A stretch of DNA of 62,326 nucleotides, filler included. It is 9 parts of 9 records of this genome, joined end to end, with 100 filler letters (N's around TTAATTAATTAA, not from the genome) between each part and the next. Parts side by side here need not be neighbours in the genome. Positions count along the whole stretch, not along the records: positions 37,728 to 43,249 come from SRR31156797_73658; positions 43,350 to 49,194 come from SRR31156797_73661; positions 49,295 to 56,227 come from SRR31156797_73903; 6 more parts are not named here. One strand, 5' to 3'. Shown here piece after piece: positions 42,701 through 52,467 of the stretch (within the stretch, counting starts at the first letter, position 1; each line of letters opens with the position of its first letter). The position numbers and the translations under genes are program-made. Below the pieces are notes generated by a model. That model had not been told where the DNA came from, ran no database searches, and was given only the letters and a program-made list of their open reading frames with translations.

Positions 42701-43249
42701 TTGAGAAAGATAAAAACCGCATTCAACATATTATTTTTCTTATTAGCCTTGTCAGTCCCAGCCTATGGCCAGTCAATACAAATCGTTACAGAGCAATACC
42801 CGCCATACAGTTTCAAAGGGAACAATGAAATAAAAGGTGTCGCGACGGAGGTCGTTAGAGCTGTTTTAAATGAAGTCAAGCTGAAGGGAGACTTTAAAAT
42901 ATACCCTTGGGCCAGAGCGTATAAAATGGCTTTAAAAGAAAAGGACATATTGATTTATTGTATCAGTCGATTCCCAAAGAGAGAAAAACTTTTTAAATGG
43001 GTTGGGGTGATATCTCCCATCGATTTTTATATATTTGCATTAAAAGACAGAGACGATATCAATATTGTGGATTTGGAAGATGCAAAAAAGTATCAAGCGG
43101 GCACAATAAGAGAAGATGCACTCGAGCAATATTTGATTAACCAGGGTTTTGAGAACATACAGAGAAACAATTCAAATGAAGCAAATATGAAAAAATTGCT
43201 TTCAGGAAGAATTGATTTATGGCCCATTTCTGAGATGGCAGCCTATCAC
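42701..43249 (+). CDS. SBP family 3 substrate-binding protein; 3' partial
   Basis: Signal peptide; TEQYPPY, YPWARA, REKLFKWVG, GRIDL. Confidence 0.85.
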
Positions 43250-43349
43250 NNNNNNNNNNNNNNNNNNNNNNNNNNNNNNNNNNNNNNNNNNNNTTAATTA
43301 ATTAANNNNNNNNNNNNNNNNNNNNNNNNNNNNNNNNNNNNNNNNNNNN

Positions 43350-43631
43350 TGGCCCGGCAATGTGAGGGAGCTGAAGAACACGGTCCAGTACGCCGCGGCC
43401 CTCTCTGAGCGCCGGACCATCCTTCCCGAGGACCTGCCCGGCAGCTTGGCCGCCCGGGCAGGTCGGGACGGGGCCTTCGAAGGCAATGTCAGAGAGAGGG
43501 CCGAAAAGGATGTGATCCTCCAGACCCTGAGGAAAAACGGCTACAACAAGTCCAGAGCGGCGGCGGAACTGAATATGAGCCGCAAGACCCTCTATATAAA
43601 GATAGACAAGTATGGAATCGACTGCGGCTAG
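43350..43631 (+). CDS. sigma54-dependent activator C-terminus; 5' partial
   Basis: WPGNVREL, Fis HTH NKSRAAAELNMSRKTLY. Confidence 0.9.
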   Translation, partial: WPGNVRELKNTVQYAAALSERRTILPEDLPGSLAARAGRDGAFEGNVRERAEKDVILQTLRKNGYNKSRAAAELNMSRKTLYIKIDKYGIDCG

Positions 43632-45468
43632 ACGGATTTCCAGTCCCGAAGATGTGATCACCCTGGAGCACATCAGTCTGAAGAACCGCAGCCACTATGT
43701 TCTCAGGGATGTCAATCTTTCTCTCCGCTCCGGAGAGATCCATGCCCTTCTGGGGGGCAAGGGGAGCGGCAAATCTCCCATCGGCAATATCATCAACGGC
43801 TCCGCCAGGGCCGACGGCGGCCGCATCCTCTACTTCGGCGCGGACAGCAGGGAGTTCGGAAAAAAGGATCTGAAGCCGGTGATCGGCATGATCCATCAGA
43901 ACCGGACGGCCAATCCCCATTTCACGGTGTGGGAGCATCTCTACCATGACAACGGAAGCGCGTACAGGGGAGTCCTCCTTTCCAGGCGGAAGCTGATGCG
44001 GCGGGCCGCCTCCGTGCTCAGAGACTTCGGTCTCGAATTAGACGTCCATCAGAAGATCGAGGAGCTGGCGGAGCCGGATTACCTGATCCTGGAGCTGATC
44101 CGCCACTCCCTGAGGAATCCTGACGTACTGATCATCGACGAGGCCTTCTCTCAGCTCTCCCATCCCCATATCGACATCTTTACCCGCATCATCACGGGAC
44201 ACAAGGCAGAGGGGGTGGCCATCCTCTTCATCACCCACAATATCGAGCTGCTCTACGACTTCGCCGACAGGATCACCATCATACAGAACGGGAAAAACCT
44301 TTTTACCGGGCTCACCGGTTCCATCGACAAGATCAATATGATCCGCCTCACCTATACGGACAATACCCGGAGGGGCAGCGAGGACAGCGAGGAGGAGAAT
44401 TTTCACAGCTTCCTCCGCTACAACAAGGCCATACTGGAGGACCTTCCGGTGAGCCTTCTGGTTCTGGATGTGAACAATACGGTGATCATGGCCAACGAGT
44501 ACTTCGAGCATCAGATGCAGCTGGGGCCCAGGGAGTACAGGAACAGGCATATCCGCACTTTCTTCAACTGGCAGAGCGAGAGGATCATGAAGGCCCTGGG
44601 GGAGAGCCTGAAAAACCGCAAGCTCAAGACCCTCTACAACGTCCCCATTCAGATCCATGAGACCCAGACCATCAATACCATGAAGATCCTGCCCATCCAC
44701 GACGGCCTGAGGGCCCTGGGGCAGATCATCCTGATCGAGGATGTGACCGACTACTTCAAGTTCCAGAAGAAGATGATGCTCTCGGGCAATATGGAATCCA
44801 TCGGGATACTGGCCGCGGGGGTGGCCCATGAGATCAACAACTCCCTGGAGGTCGCCTTCAATTACATCCGCTACCTGAGCCAGGAGTTCAATTCCCCCGA
44901 TGCGGCGGAGCCCTTCAACGAGCTCCGTCAGGAGATGATCACCGTCAAGCAGGTGGTCTCCAAGCTGGCCAACTTCTCCGAAACCAATCTGCCCCAGGTC
45001 AGGAGTACGGACCTGAACACCCTGGTGGGGAATTTCGTCCGCCTCATTGAGAATACCATGGAGGAGGGGAAGGTGATTATCCACAGCCTCCTTTCAGACG
45101 AAGCTGTGATGACCATGATCAATCCCAATGAATTCCGGGAGATCCTGACCAATCTCGTGAAGAACAGCCGGGAGGTCCTGCCCAGGGGCGGGAACATCCG
45201 GATCCGGACGAAACTGCGCTACGGCGAGAGCGGGGTGAAGGCGGTTCTGTCGGTGGAAGACGACGGCCCCGGCATCGCGACCGACATGATGGAAACCGTC
45301 TTCCTGCCCTTCTACTCCACCAAGAAGAAAGATTCCGAGAACGTGGGGCTCGGGCTTTCGCTCTGTTACTCCATCGTGGACCGCTGCGGCGGGAGCATCT
45401 ATGCGGAGAATATCAAGCCCCGGGGCTGCCGCTTCACCATCGAACTTCCCGTGGCGTCAGACTCCTGA
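43612..45468 (+). CDS. Fusion of sugar-ABC ATPase domain + PAS + histidine kinase
   Basis: GEIHALLGGKGSGKS, LIIDEA, ITHN; PAS-like LPVSLLVLD..AN; H-box AGVAHEINN; NLVKNS, DDGPGI, PFYSTK, GLGLS. Confidence 0.88.
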   Translation: MESTAARRISSPEDVITLEHISLKNRSHYVLRDVNLSLRSGEIHALLGGKGSGKSPIGNIINGSARADGGRILYFGADSREFGKKDLKPVIGMIHQNRTANPHFTVWEHLYHDNGSAYRGVLLSRRKLMRRAASVLRDFGLELDVHQKIEELAEPDYLILELIRHSLRNPDVLIIDEAFSQLSHPHIDIFTRIITGHKAEGVAILFITHNIELLYDFADRITIIQNGKNLFTGLTGSIDKINMIRLTYTDNTRRGSEDSEEENFHSFLRYNKAILEDLPVSLLVLDVNNTVIMANEYFEHQMQLGPREYRNRHIRTFFNWQSERIMKALGESLKNRKLKTLYNVPIQIHETQTINTMKILPIHDGLRALGQIILIEDVTDYFKFQKKMMLSGNMESIGILAAGVAHEINNSLEVAFNYIRYLSQEFNSPDAAEPFNELRQEMITVKQVVSKLANFSETNLPQVRSTDLNTLVGNFVRLIENTMEEGKVIIHSLLSDEAVMTMINPNEFREILTNLVKNSREVLPRGGNIRIRTKLRYGESGVKAVLSVEDDGPGIATDMMETVFLPFYSTKKKDSENVGLGLSLCYSIVDRCGGSIYAENIKPRGCRFTIELPVASDS

Positions 45469-45611
45469 GGACCTGTTACCTTTTTTACCATTCCTCTGTA
45501 GAACTGTTACCTTAGGAAACAGTTTCTATAAGCCGCTGGGTAACGCTTTTCTTATGATGAAATAAATAAGATCTTTTAATGCAAGTGTTTAAATTGATTC
45601 CTTTTCTTTGT

Positions 45612-45627
45612 TGGCACGGCAATTGCA
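45612..45627 (+). promoter_or_regulatory. sigma54 (-24/-12) promoter
   Basis: TGGCAC-GGCAA-TTGCA, ending 45 nt before the ATG at 45673. Confidence 0.88.
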
Positions 45628-45672
45628 ATATGGGGAGGCATAAAGGCAAAGAAAAAACAGGAGTTGTTTTAA

Positions 45673-46974
45673 ATGGATAAAAGAGTCGAATCCTATATCG
45701 AAGAGATCAAAGCCAGGGGCGTTGAGCTGGAAGGCGCAGGCCGTTCCATGGTCTTCAAAGGCCCCGCCGGCGGCTGTATCAAGAAGACCGGTCCCCTGGC
45801 GGGCAAGCGGATAGGATGTCTGGTGGCCAGTGAGTTCAGCGACTTCCAGGCCTACTACATCGCCGCCTATATCGGTGAGTTCGGCGGCAAGCTGGATTTC
45901 ATCCTTGTGGACGAGATGACCTGGCACTGGACCCGGCCCAACAATACCAGGAAGGGCGTTCAGGGAATGTGGGGACTCAGCGTGGATCCCATTCCCGTGG
46001 GCGGCGGAGAGAAGGCCGATACGGCGCTCAGGGCCGATGACGCCAGGGCCTCCGACTATGACGCCCTGATCATCCTGGGCGGTCCCTCCGGAGACATCAT
46101 GTCCACCGTGGATTCGGTCAAGAATCTGCTGAAGGACGTGTATGACGCGGGCGGTCTGGTCGGCGGTATCGGAGGCGGAATCATTCCCCTTCTCACCATC
46201 GGACTGACAAACGGCAAGAAGTGCACCGGCAACGAGCAGGTCGACTTTATTCTGAGAAACACCGCTGATTTCACCGACTCTCCCTGTGAGATAGATCAGA
46301 GAGTGTTGACCGCTAAGAACACTATCGACACACCCGAGTTCGTCTCCTCCCTCTGCCGTTACTTCGATCCGGGGTGGAAGGATACCCGCAAGGGCATGCT
46401 GGCGGGTAAGACCATGATGCTCATCGCCGGATGGGACTTCGAGGATTTCGAGATCGCCGTCCCCTTCCTGGAGTTCTACCACCGCGGCGCCTCCCTGATG
46501 ATCGGTACCTTCACCGGATGCATGAGGAACCGTCCCGCCCTGCTGGGCATGGATGTGGTGCAGGGCAACTTCGGCATGACCGTTCCCCTTCAGGAGGTCC
46601 CGGGGGATCTCTATACCGTCAAGGATCTGAAGGATATCAGCCAGAGAGAGATCGACGGGCTAATGATTCCCGGCGCCTTCTGCCCCTGGAATATGATCGA
46701 AGCGAAATACCCTCTCCAGTTCCTGCGGGATGCGGACAGGGCAAAGAATATGGTGGCCTTTATGTGCCACGGCCCCATAGCCGTTGCGGCTTCGGGCATC
46801 GCCGAGGGCCGGAAGTCCACGGGCTGGATCTCCTGCAAGCCCTCCTTCGATGCGGTGGGCGGTGAGTTCAGCAACCAGTGGTTCTCCACCATCGACGACC
46901 ATATCGTCTCCGGAAAAACAACCCCCGAACTGCCCGAGTTCATCGATGCCATGACCCTGGGGCTTCTGCTGTGA
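45673..46974 (+). CDS. Tandem DJ-1/PfpI-domain protein
   Basis: Two repeats: EFSDFQ..YDALIILGG..TPEF and DFEDFE..DGLMIPG..MCHGP..LPEF. Confidence 0.85.
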   Translation: MDKRVESYIEEIKARGVELEGAGRSMVFKGPAGGCIKKTGPLAGKRIGCLVASEFSDFQAYYIAAYIGEFGGKLDFILVDEMTWHWTRPNNTRKGVQGMWGLSVDPIPVGGGEKADTALRADDARASDYDALIILGGPSGDIMSTVDSVKNLLKDVYDAGGLVGGIGGGIIPLLTIGLTNGKKCTGNEQVDFILRNTADFTDSPCEIDQRVLTAKNTIDTPEFVSSLCRYFDPGWKDTRKGMLAGKTMMLIAGWDFEDFEIAVPFLEFYHRGASLMIGTFTGCMRNRPALLGMDVVQGNFGMTVPLQEVPGDLYTVKDLKDISQREIDGLMIPGAFCPWNMIEAKYPLQFLRDADRAKNMVAFMCHGPIAVAASGIAEGRKSTGWISCKPSFDAVGGEFSNQWFSTIDDHIVSGKTTPELPEFIDAMTLGLLL

Positions 46975-47978
46975 GCGACAAGATGAAGGCCGTGGTGATC
47001 GACCGGCCCGGCAGCGTAAAGGTCGTCCGGAAGGATGTCCCCGTACCGGCCCCCGACGAGGTGCTGATCCGGGTGCAGTACGCCGGGATCTGTTCCACCG
47101 ACTCCATGATCCTGGCCGGAATATACAGCAAAGAGTGCCTGCCCATGGTTCCGGGACATGAGTTTATCGGCCGTATCGCCGAAACCGGCAGCGCCGTCAG
47201 GGGATGGAAGGCGGGCGACTATGTGACCGCGGATATCAACATCGGCTGCGGCACCTGCCGCTACTGCCTGAGGAACCAGCCCCTTGCCTGCGCGGACATC
47301 AGGCAGCTGGGGATACACAGGGACGGCGGATTCGCAGAGTATCTGACCGTACCGGCGGGCAAGCTGATCCGCCTGGGCGGAACGGCCGATCCGAAGGAGT
47401 ACGCCCTGGCGGAGCCCCTTTCCAATGTGGTCCGCTCCCTGGAGCGCTGCGGCTCCCTTCTGGGACGCTCGGCGGCGGTGCTGGGAAACAACTTCCTGAG
47501 CCTGCTGCACGTACAGATGCTGCGGCTGGCCGGGGCCTGGCCGGTGGTCATGGTGAGCGATGACGAGGAGGCCGGAAGGCTGGGGAAGGAGCTGGGAGCC
47601 GACAGGGTGCTGCCCTATGAGAGCGAGTCGGGAGAGTACGACTTCGTTTTCGAGACCGAGGGAAGCGCCGCTTCCTACAATACGGCCCATACCCTGACCG
47701 CTCCCGGCGGACATGTGATGGCCTTCGGGATTCCCCCTGCGGGGATAATGGCCGCCTACGAACCCTTTGCCATGGTGCTGAAGGAACAGGGCGTCCTCTC
47801 CTCGGTGGCGGGTGCCGGTCCGGATGTTCTGGACGCCGTCTCCCTGATCGAGTCGGGCCGTCTGGATCTCTCGCCCTGGACGAAAACCGTCCTTCCCCTG
47901 GAGGAGGCGGGACGGGGCATGGACCTGATGGAAATGGATAAGAACGTGTTCAAGGTACTTTTAGAGGTGAATGTATGA
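46971..47978 (+). CDS. Zn-dependent (sugar/polyol) dehydrogenase, MDR family
   Basis: GICSTD, GHE, CGTCRYC..C, DGGFAEY, EP. Confidence 0.92.
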   Translation: MSDKMKAVVIDRPGSVKVVRKDVPVPAPDEVLIRVQYAGICSTDSMILAGIYSKECLPMVPGHEFIGRIAETGSAVRGWKAGDYVTADINIGCGTCRYCLRNQPLACADIRQLGIHRDGGFAEYLTVPAGKLIRLGGTADPKEYALAEPLSNVVRSLERCGSLLGRSAAVLGNNFLSLLHVQMLRLAGAWPVVMVSDDEEAGRLGKELGADRVLPYESESGEYDFVFETEGSAASYNTAHTLTAPGGHVMAFGIPPAGIMAAYEPFAMVLKEQGVLSSVAGAGPDVLDAVSLIESGRLDLSPWTKTVLPLEEAGRGMDLMEMDKNVFKVLLEVNV

Positions 47979-49194
47979 GGGAAGACAATATTCTGGAAAT
48001 GAAGGGAATCGTCAAGACCTTTCCCGGTGTGAAGGCCTTGAACGGCGTTTCCTTCTCCTGCAGGAAGGCCGAGGTCCACGCCCTTCTGGGCGAGAACGGC
48101 GCGGGCAAGTCCACGCTGATCAAGGTCCTCAGCTCGGCCTACCAGCCCGACGGCGGGGAGATCGTATTCAAGGGCAGACCCTACAGGCATCAGGATCCCA
48201 TATCCGCCCAGAGGGCGGGGATAGGGGTGATCTACCAGGAGTTCAACCTGGTTCCCCATCTGACGGTGGCGGAGAACATCTTCCTGGGACGGGAACCGCA
48301 AAAGGCCTCCGGCCTGATCGACAGGGCCTTTATGAGGAGCAAGTCCGCCGAGGTTCTCACCTCCCTGGGGCTGAAGATATCCGTTGATGTTCCGGCCCTG
48401 AGGCTGAGCGTCGCCGAGCAGCAGATGGTGGAGATCGCCAAGGCCCTCTCCATGAATGCGGAGCTGATCGTTATGGACGAGCCCACGGCCACCCTGACGG
48501 ACAGGGAGATCGACTTCCTGTTCCAGATCATCCGCAAGCTGAAAGAGCAGGGGAAGACGGTGATCTACATCTCCCACAGGCTGGAGGAGATCTTTGAGAT
48601 CTGCGACCGGGTGACGGTCCTCAAGGACGGCAGCTACGTGGGTTCCCGGGACGTGGCGGAGATGGACAAGGACGGACTGATCAGCATGATGGTCGGCCGG
48701 ACCCTTGAGGACTACTTCCCCGAGAAGCAGTCCCTTAAGGGAAAAAAGGTCCTGGAGGTGAGAAAGCTCAATCAGAAGGGTGTGCTTCACGACATCTCCT
48801 TTGATGTTTGCGAGGGCGAGATCCTGGGGCTTTCGGGCTTGGTGGGCGCCGGACGGACCGAGCTGGCCCGCGCCATATTCGGGGCCGATTCCTTTGACTC
48901 GGGAGAGATCCTGATAGACGGCGAGGCCGTTACCATAAGGAATCCCAGCGACGCCATTGAAAAGAAGATCGGTTTCGCCACGGAAGACAGGAAACGGCAG
49001 GGCCTTATCCTGGGGCTTTCCATCCAGAAGAATATGACCCTTTCCATCCTGGACAAGCTCAGGAAGTGGGGATTCCTCAAGCTGAAAGAGGAGGCGGGGC
49101 TGGTGGACTCCTTTATCGGGCAGCTGAAGATCGCCGCCCGGGACCAGGAGGTCAAGGTGAAGACCCTCAGCGGGGGGAATCAGCAGAAGGTCGT
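47975..49194 (+). CDS. Monosaccharide ABC ATPase (RbsA/MglA type); 3' partial
   Basis: GENGAGKSTL, MDEPT, GLVGAGRTE, EDRK, LSGGNQQKV. Confidence 0.95.
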
Positions 49195-49351
49195 NNNNNN
49201 NNNNNNNNNNNNNNNNNNNNNNNNNNNNNNNNNNNNNNTTAATTAATTAANNNNNNNNNNNNNNNNNNNNNNNNNNNNNNNNNNNNNNNNNNNNAGATTG
49301 GGAAAAATAACCATTTATGGACGAGCATTAAAAATTTGGGAGGATTGAAAT

Positions 49352-50422
49352 ATGAAGGTTTGGAAGCGTTTTCTTATGGTGTTATTCGCGGTCGTCCTGG
49401 TCTTTTCTCTACAGGCGGCGCCGGCCAAGGCCAAGGAATTCAAAATGACTATCGTAGCCGGGCATCCGCCCATATTCCTGTGGGTGTCCATGGCCAAGGA
49501 CTTCTACATTCCGGAAGTCAACAAGAGGCTTGCGGCTGAAGGCAAGCACACGATCAAGTGGAACCAGGCATACGGCGGAACAGTGGCCAAAATTGGAGGC
49601 GTGTTGGAAGCCCTTGAAGAAGGCATCGCCGACATGGGTTTTGTCAGTTCTCTTTTTGAAGCCCCGAAAATGCCTCTTCATAATGTCAGCTACATGACTC
49701 CTTTCGGCACAAGCAACATATTCACGGTCGTTGACACCATTTCCTCCCTTCAAGCCAAAATCCCGGCCCTGAGCCAGGAATGGGAAAAACACAACATCGT
49801 TTACCTGGGCGGAGCAGCCCTGGATACGTACGGCATTCTGACCAACTTCCCCGTTAAAACGGTTGACGACCTCAAGGGGCACAAGATAGCCGCTCCCGGC
49901 CCGGCTGCCAACTGGATCAAGGGCACGGGCGCCGTGGCCGTGGCCGGTAACCTGAACACCTACTACAACGACATCAAAACAGGCGTGTATGAAGGCACCC
50001 TGACTTTCATGACCGCTGCCGCCGCCGGCAAGCTGCATGAAGTCGCCCCGTACGTCTGCATGGTCAATTTCGGCGCCCAATACGCCGGAGGGCTTGGAGT
50101 AAACAAGGATGTCTGGGAATCCCTGCCGCCTGAAGTCCAGAAGGTGCTTAAGGATGTCGGCCAGGAATATATGAAAAAACTGGCCCAGGCCCAGGCCGAC
50201 CGCGCGGCCGGAGCTATGAAAATGATGGAAAAAGGCGGCGCCAAGATAGTTTACCTGTCGGACGCAGAACGTAAACGCTGGGCCGACATGCTGCCTAACG
50301 TCCCCATGAACTGGGCCGCGGCCATGGAAAAGAAAGGCCTGCCCGGCAAGGAAATGGTTAAAGGCTACCTGGACGGCATTCGCGCCGGCGGCGAAACTTT
50401 GGCCAGGGATTGGGATAAATAA
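49352..50422 (+). CDS. dctP: TRAP transporter substrate-binding protein
   Basis: Signal peptide; GIADMG, DDLKGHKI, NKDVWESLPPEVQ. Confidence 0.9.
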   Translation: MKVWKRFLMVLFAVVLVFSLQAAPAKAKEFKMTIVAGHPPIFLWVSMAKDFYIPEVNKRLAAEGKHTIKWNQAYGGTVAKIGGVLEALEEGIADMGFVSSLFEAPKMPLHNVSYMTPFGTSNIFTVVDTISSLQAKIPALSQEWEKHNIVYLGGAALDTYGILTNFPVKTVDDLKGHKIAAPGPAANWIKGTGAVAVAGNLNTYYNDIKTGVYEGTLTFMTAAAAGKLHEVAPYVCMVNFGAQYAGGLGVNKDVWESLPPEVQKVLKDVGQEYMKKLAQAQADRAAGAMKMMEKGGAKIVYLSDAERKRWADMLPNVPMNWAAAMEKKGLPGKEMVKGYLDGIRAGGETLARDWDK

Positions 50423-50424
50423 GA

Positions 50425-50994
50425 ATGTCTGACAACATCGGAGCGGCGCCGGATAAAACCCGGCGCCGCCGGTTCTCTTACGAGTCCATAACTTCGGTTA
50501 TGGACACCATAGGAACCGCCTGGGTTTTTGTTCTTCTGGTAATTATCAACATGGACATCATCGGCCGGGCCGTATTCAATCACCCCATAAGAGGCGTTCC
50601 CGAAATCGTGTCCATGTCCATTGTGGCCCTGGTTTTCCTCCAGATAGCCCACACACTCAGCGTCGGCCGCCTGACCAGGTCCGAAGTTCTTCTCAATGTA
50701 CTCTTTAAAAGAAAACCCGGCCTGGGCTACTTTTTACAGGGAATTTACCATTTAACCGGCGCGGCCCTCTTTATCATCCTCTTCTGGGCCAGCCTGCCCA
50801 TGTTCACCAAAGCCTGGAAAATAAACGAATACGTAGGGGCTGAAGGCGACTTCATGGCCCCGGTCTGGCCGGTTAAATTGATCATTCTGATAGGCTGCGC
50901 CGCGGCCTGCATACAGTTTCTACTAATGGCCGGCAAGGATTTCCGGAACATAAAATCAGGCTCCGGCTCGTCTGCTGCGGATGGAGGCCGGTAA
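50425..50994 (+). CDS. dctQ: TRAP small permease
   Basis: DIIGRAVFNHPIRGVPEI; four TM segments. Confidence 0.9.
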   Translation: MSDNIGAAPDKTRRRRFSYESITSVMDTIGTAWVFVLLVIINMDIIGRAVFNHPIRGVPEIVSMSIVALVFLQIAHTLSVGRLTRSEVLLNVLFKRKPGLGYFLQGIYHLTGAALFIILFWASLPMFTKAWKINEYVGAEGDFMAPVWPVKLIILIGCAAACIQFLLMAGKDFRNIKSGSGSSAADGGR

Positions 50995-52313
50995 TGACGG
51001 ATCTTCAAATTGGATTGTTATCAATTCTCGGAATCTTGTTCCTGATATACGCGGGCATGCACGTCAGCATCGCCTTGGGGCTTCTTTCATTCCTGGGCGT
51101 GTACCTGATCAGGGATAACTTTACTATTGCCAGTAAACTGTTGGCCCTGGCCGCGGCGGACAGTATTTCCAAATATGAATTCGGGGTGGTGCCTCTTTTC
51201 GTTCTCATGGGCATGTTCATATCAGTGTCTGAAATAGGCAAGGACACATTTGACGTGGCCAACCGGCTTTTTAGAGGCATCCGCGGCGGCCTGGGCATTG
51301 CCACGGTAGCCGCCAACGCCGTCTTTGCCGCGGTCACAGGCATCTCCATTGCCTCGGCCGCAGTCTTCACCAAGGTGGCCGTCCCTGAAATGACCAGGCT
51401 GGGATACAATCCTCGTTTCGCCGTGGGCGTTGTCACAGGATCCTCGGTCCTGGGAATGCTTATTCCGCCCAGCCTCTTGCTCATCCTTTTCGGCGTATTG
51501 ACCGAAACCTCGGTCGGGGACCTGTTCAAAGCCGGCATTTTACCGGGCATTCTATTATCAGTAGCTTTTTCAGCCTTAATCCTGGTCATGGCTTACCGCT
51601 GGCCGAATTCAGTCGGCGGCGATCCCGAGGCCCTCAAAGCCGATAAATCTGCTCAAATGACCGCCCTGGCCGCTATCTGGAAAATCATCCCTATTGTCGC
51701 ACTGGTCGCGCTTGTTTTGGGCGGCATCTACGCCGGGTGGTTCACGCCCACTGAATCCGGCGCAGTAGGCGCCCTGGGCGCTCTTATTCTGGCCATTGGT
51801 AAAAGACGCATGACCCTGCCCAGACTCTGGCAAGTCCTGGTTGAAACCGGTCATGTAACCGTCTCAATCCTGTTTCTGATTATTTCCGCAAATATGTACG
51901 GACGCATGCTCGCCCTTTCCGGAATCACCAATTTCATCGCCACCTGGATAACTGAATCCGGACTCGGGCTTTATCCGTTTGTTACCATTTATATTTTAAT
52001 CGTTCTTATGATGGGCACCATCCTGGACTCAACGTCAATTATGATGATCGTGGTCCCGCTGGTCTATCCCATACTTGAACCCATGCAGATAAACTACGTC
52101 TGGTTCGGTTTGGTCACTGTCGTGGCCATCGAAGTCGGACTGCTTACTCCTCCGCTGGGCATTGCTGCATATGTGGTTAAAAGCACCCTGGACGACCAGC
52201 GGATCACCTTGAATGACGTCTTTGCAGGAGCGTTTCCATTTGTCCTGATAATGGTGCTGGTGCTGGCCCTGATCGTGATCTTCCCGCAGATAAGCCTGTT
52301 TTTGGTTGGTTAA
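50994..52313 (+). CDS. dctM: TRAP large permease
   Basis: VPLFVLMG, LGMLIPPS, FTPTE, GLLTPPLG. Confidence 0.95.
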   Translation: MTDLQIGLLSILGILFLIYAGMHVSIALGLLSFLGVYLIRDNFTIASKLLALAAADSISKYEFGVVPLFVLMGMFISVSEIGKDTFDVANRLFRGIRGGLGIATVAANAVFAAVTGISIASAAVFTKVAVPEMTRLGYNPRFAVGVVTGSSVLGMLIPPSLLLILFGVLTETSVGDLFKAGILPGILLSVAFSALILVMAYRWPNSVGGDPEALKADKSAQMTALAAIWKIIPIVALVALVLGGIYAGWFTPTESGAVGALGALILAIGKRRMTLPRLWQVLVETGHVTVSILFLIISANMYGRMLALSGITNFIATWITESGLGLYPFVTIYILIVLMMGTILDSTSIMMIVVPLVYPILEPMQINYVWFGLVTVVAIEVGLLTPPLGIAAYVVKSTLDDQRITLNDVFAGAFPFVLIMVLVLALIVIFPQISLFLVG

Positions 52314-52368
52314 TCCGGAGTTGATTATTCAGATAATTCCTTTGTAACCTGATAACGAAACGCACACA

Positions 52369-52396
52369 GGCGCCCCGCGTTTAAACGCGGGGCGCC
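52369..52396. repeat. Perfect 28-bp palindrome
   Basis: GGCGCCCCGCGTTT-AAACGCGGGGCGCC. Confidence 0.85.
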
Positions 52397-52467
52397 AAAC
52401 CCAATCTCCGTCCGTACGCATCCAAAATGAATCCGCCTGGACGGTAGCCTATTTACAGGAGGAACCC

